This document shows, in pieces, positions 61,669-64,000 of a stretch of DNA of 64,000 nt. The DNA comes from Chrysomallon squamiferum. Lineage: Eukaryota > Animalia > Mollusca. The notes under the pieces are model-generated. The model saw only the letters and a list, made by a program, of their open reading frames with translations. It searched no databases and was not told where the DNA came from. Each line of letters starts with the position of its first letter. The first letter of the stretch is position 1. The stretch covers positions 34,844,001 to 34,908,000 of the forward strand of contig CM022672.1 in the NCBI GenBank assembly GCA_012295275.1, in the 5' to 3' direction. Made by a program: the position numbers and the translations under genes.

Positions 61669-63246
61669 TTTTTTATTATTATTATAAAAATATTAATAAA
61701 CTCACGACTGGTACAACAAATTCCTTCCCAACCAGCCAAGCATCCATCAACACATTCTCCAGTCTCGTGAGAACAGTTGTGATTTTCAAAACATTTTCTT
61801 TCTGAACATGAGAAACTGCACCCGTCTCCATAGAAATCTCCATCACATTCTTAAGTAAAAATAAAACAAAATATAAATATCTTGAAATTATACTAATTAA
61901 CAGGATGTGCATCAGATATTATATATAAATATGTTTAACTGCGTTAGCCACTGTTGCTTAGAGTTACATATAACTAAGTAGTAGTAGGATGGCATAAATA
62001 ATTAAAAGGAGAAAGAAAACAAAGGAAGAAATTATTTTTCAACATCATAAAGCTTTAAGAATAAATACATAATGAACGAGAAAACACGGTGTCACCATGT
62101 GAAGATTTCAAGTTTTCTTGTTCTTGTTATTATATTGCAACCTTTGCAAATTCAGGAAAGTTTATATATGATCTTTAGTAAACCAAGTGCACTGGCAGAA
62201 AGTAAAATAGTCCACTGTCTGCACCAGATACGACTGATCCTGTTATAAATCATATCGAAGGCCCCCATGCACAAACTGTAATAATCTAGGAGACACAAAT
62301 AATAGAATAAAAAGTAAGATATCAGCTACAAATGAACGTAATTGAAAGAAAACGTTTGACTAAATATTTAGTTTGTGTCTCTTACTTTTAGAACAGTCTG
62401 TGTTTCTCCAGCCTGGCTCACAACCTCCGACACATGTTCCAGTGTTTGAATCACACGTTGAGTTAACCAAACAGTGACGATCAGAACATCGCTTTGAACA
62501 TCCAGAACCATAAGTCAGTCCTCCTTTACATTCTGAAATTCATTTTTAAATTTATATAAATAGAATACTAAAATATTAAATTATAATTTCTTTTATAATT
62601 AATGAAATAAAAGAGGAGGAACGTAGAAATAAATTTATTGCTTTGTCATTTACAATGAAATTATACGAAAACATAAAGTTGAGAGCTAAAATTTCGCATT
62701 TGTGCATATTTCTTGTCTGTATATTTAGCCATTAAATCATACTCTGACTGCTAAAACGTCCTATACTTCAATCATGTCAGCTTTAACTACTTATTTAATA
62801 TTTATCTCTACAATCAGTTCCTGCCCAACCAGTCAAACAACCATCATTACATTTTCCGTTTGTGTGATTACAGCTTTGATCTCCTGTACAGTGTCGATCT
62901 CGAATTAATTATATCAAAAATTAAAAAATTATTATATTTAAAAATAATTATCTAGGAATAAATACAACATTTATCCAGAATGACCAACAAGCAAATAATA
63001 ATTTTGAGTTTTTAGTTTTCACCTTGAGAACAGTCAGGTTCTAACCATCCTGGTTGACAACCTCCGATACACTGACCAGTCTTTGTGTCACACGTTGATG
63101 TGTTCAGACAATGACGTTCAGAACACTGCTTCTTACAACCAGATCCATAGGTCACTTCTTTAACACATTCTGAAATATACAACAGTAATTACAGGTTGTT
63201 CCTTCATTAAATGTAGAAGACATATATATATATATATATATATATA

Positions 63247-63279
<33 letters not shown>

Positions 63280-63735
63280 CAGCTTTCTATATATATATAT
63301 ATATATTTGTTTTCTTCTGAAAATTTATAATTGCAGTAACAAACTGCTGTCCACACAGGAACAAATTAAAAAATCATTAACAAATGTGTTACAGTAAACA
63401 TAATTCACTTTTTGTATCTATAATAATGCTTTCGTTTCATGTTATATACTAAAAAAATACTTCTGGTAAACGGTTACAAAGAACACAAAAAGAATTTCCA
63501 TAATTATAGTAAAATGATTAATAAATGTTATTCCGTAAGAATTTGGGTTTTTTCTGCAAAGATGGTCATATCTGAAACGTTTAATTACCTGTACAATCTA
63601 TTCCGTCCCAGCCTGTCTGACATTGTCCACTACATGATCCAGTGTCTGTAGGACAGCTTTGTTGAGAATTCAAACAGTGACGATCTTTACACAGTTTGTT
63701 ACAGCTAGTACCATAAGTTGTACCTGACTGACACA
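59104..63735 (-). CDS. Copy E (3' part; 5' end beyond window): EGF repeats, TM and complete ITAM-like tail
   Basis: Minus-strand exons 63735-63589, 63169-63023, 62532-62386, 61849-61706, 61272-61138 (EGF), 59993-59885 (TM), 59413-59104 (tail, YDKLDIDVVEQGSPYEKIKT*). Dead exon remnants at ~62902-62806 and ~62275-62261. Confidence 0.88.
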
Positions 63736-64000
63736 CTGAAAGCACCGAAGAAATCGTATAAATAAAATAATTATTAGGCTGTAGTCAAAAAATATATTTT
63801 GTAGTCATTTCTTCTTTAAATTAGATTAATACAAATAACTAGAAATAATGATTAACAGAAAATAAAGTGGTATTATATAGCACGACAGTACTCAGCAATA
63901 CAAATATATAACATCTTTATAAACAATTAGTAATTACAATTTGCATGAATTGGTAACTGAGTCAATTAACTTTTATTATTTGCTATGAACATTTAAAAAA

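Overview
AT-rich, microsatellite-dense animal genomic DNA (GT-AG spliced genes; gene content suggests a mollusc or other lophotrochozoan, by inference only). Nearly all long ORFs in the supplied track are microsatellite artefacts, so I rebuilt the genes exon by exon. 72-5673 holds the last 13 exons of a tandem-domain receptor-type protein tyrosine phosphatase (intact D1, highly degenerate D2, C-terminal YAN motif). From about 8.5 kb to the end is an array of at least five paralogues of one single-pass receptor (repeat unit about 19 kb): signal peptide, F-type (fucolectin-like) lectin domain, a variable number of one-exon EGF-like repeats of MEGF10/Draper/SCARF type, TM helix, and a tail with YxN and an ITAM-like YxxL-x10-YxxI. 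Copies A, B and C are on +; D and E are on - beyond a 200-N gap. Copies differ in predicted ligand-binding loops, EGF exon content, presence of the lectin (absent in C) and ITAM integrity (truncated in A). This looks like a diversifying innate-recognition receptor cluster beside a possible phosphatase partner. Also present: a 72-bp VNTR multiplying a splice acceptor, a 55-bp AU-rich minisatellite after each stop, a tRNA-derived element in each spacer, a Gypsy relic and a MITE. Several lesions may be assembly errors in near-identical repeats.
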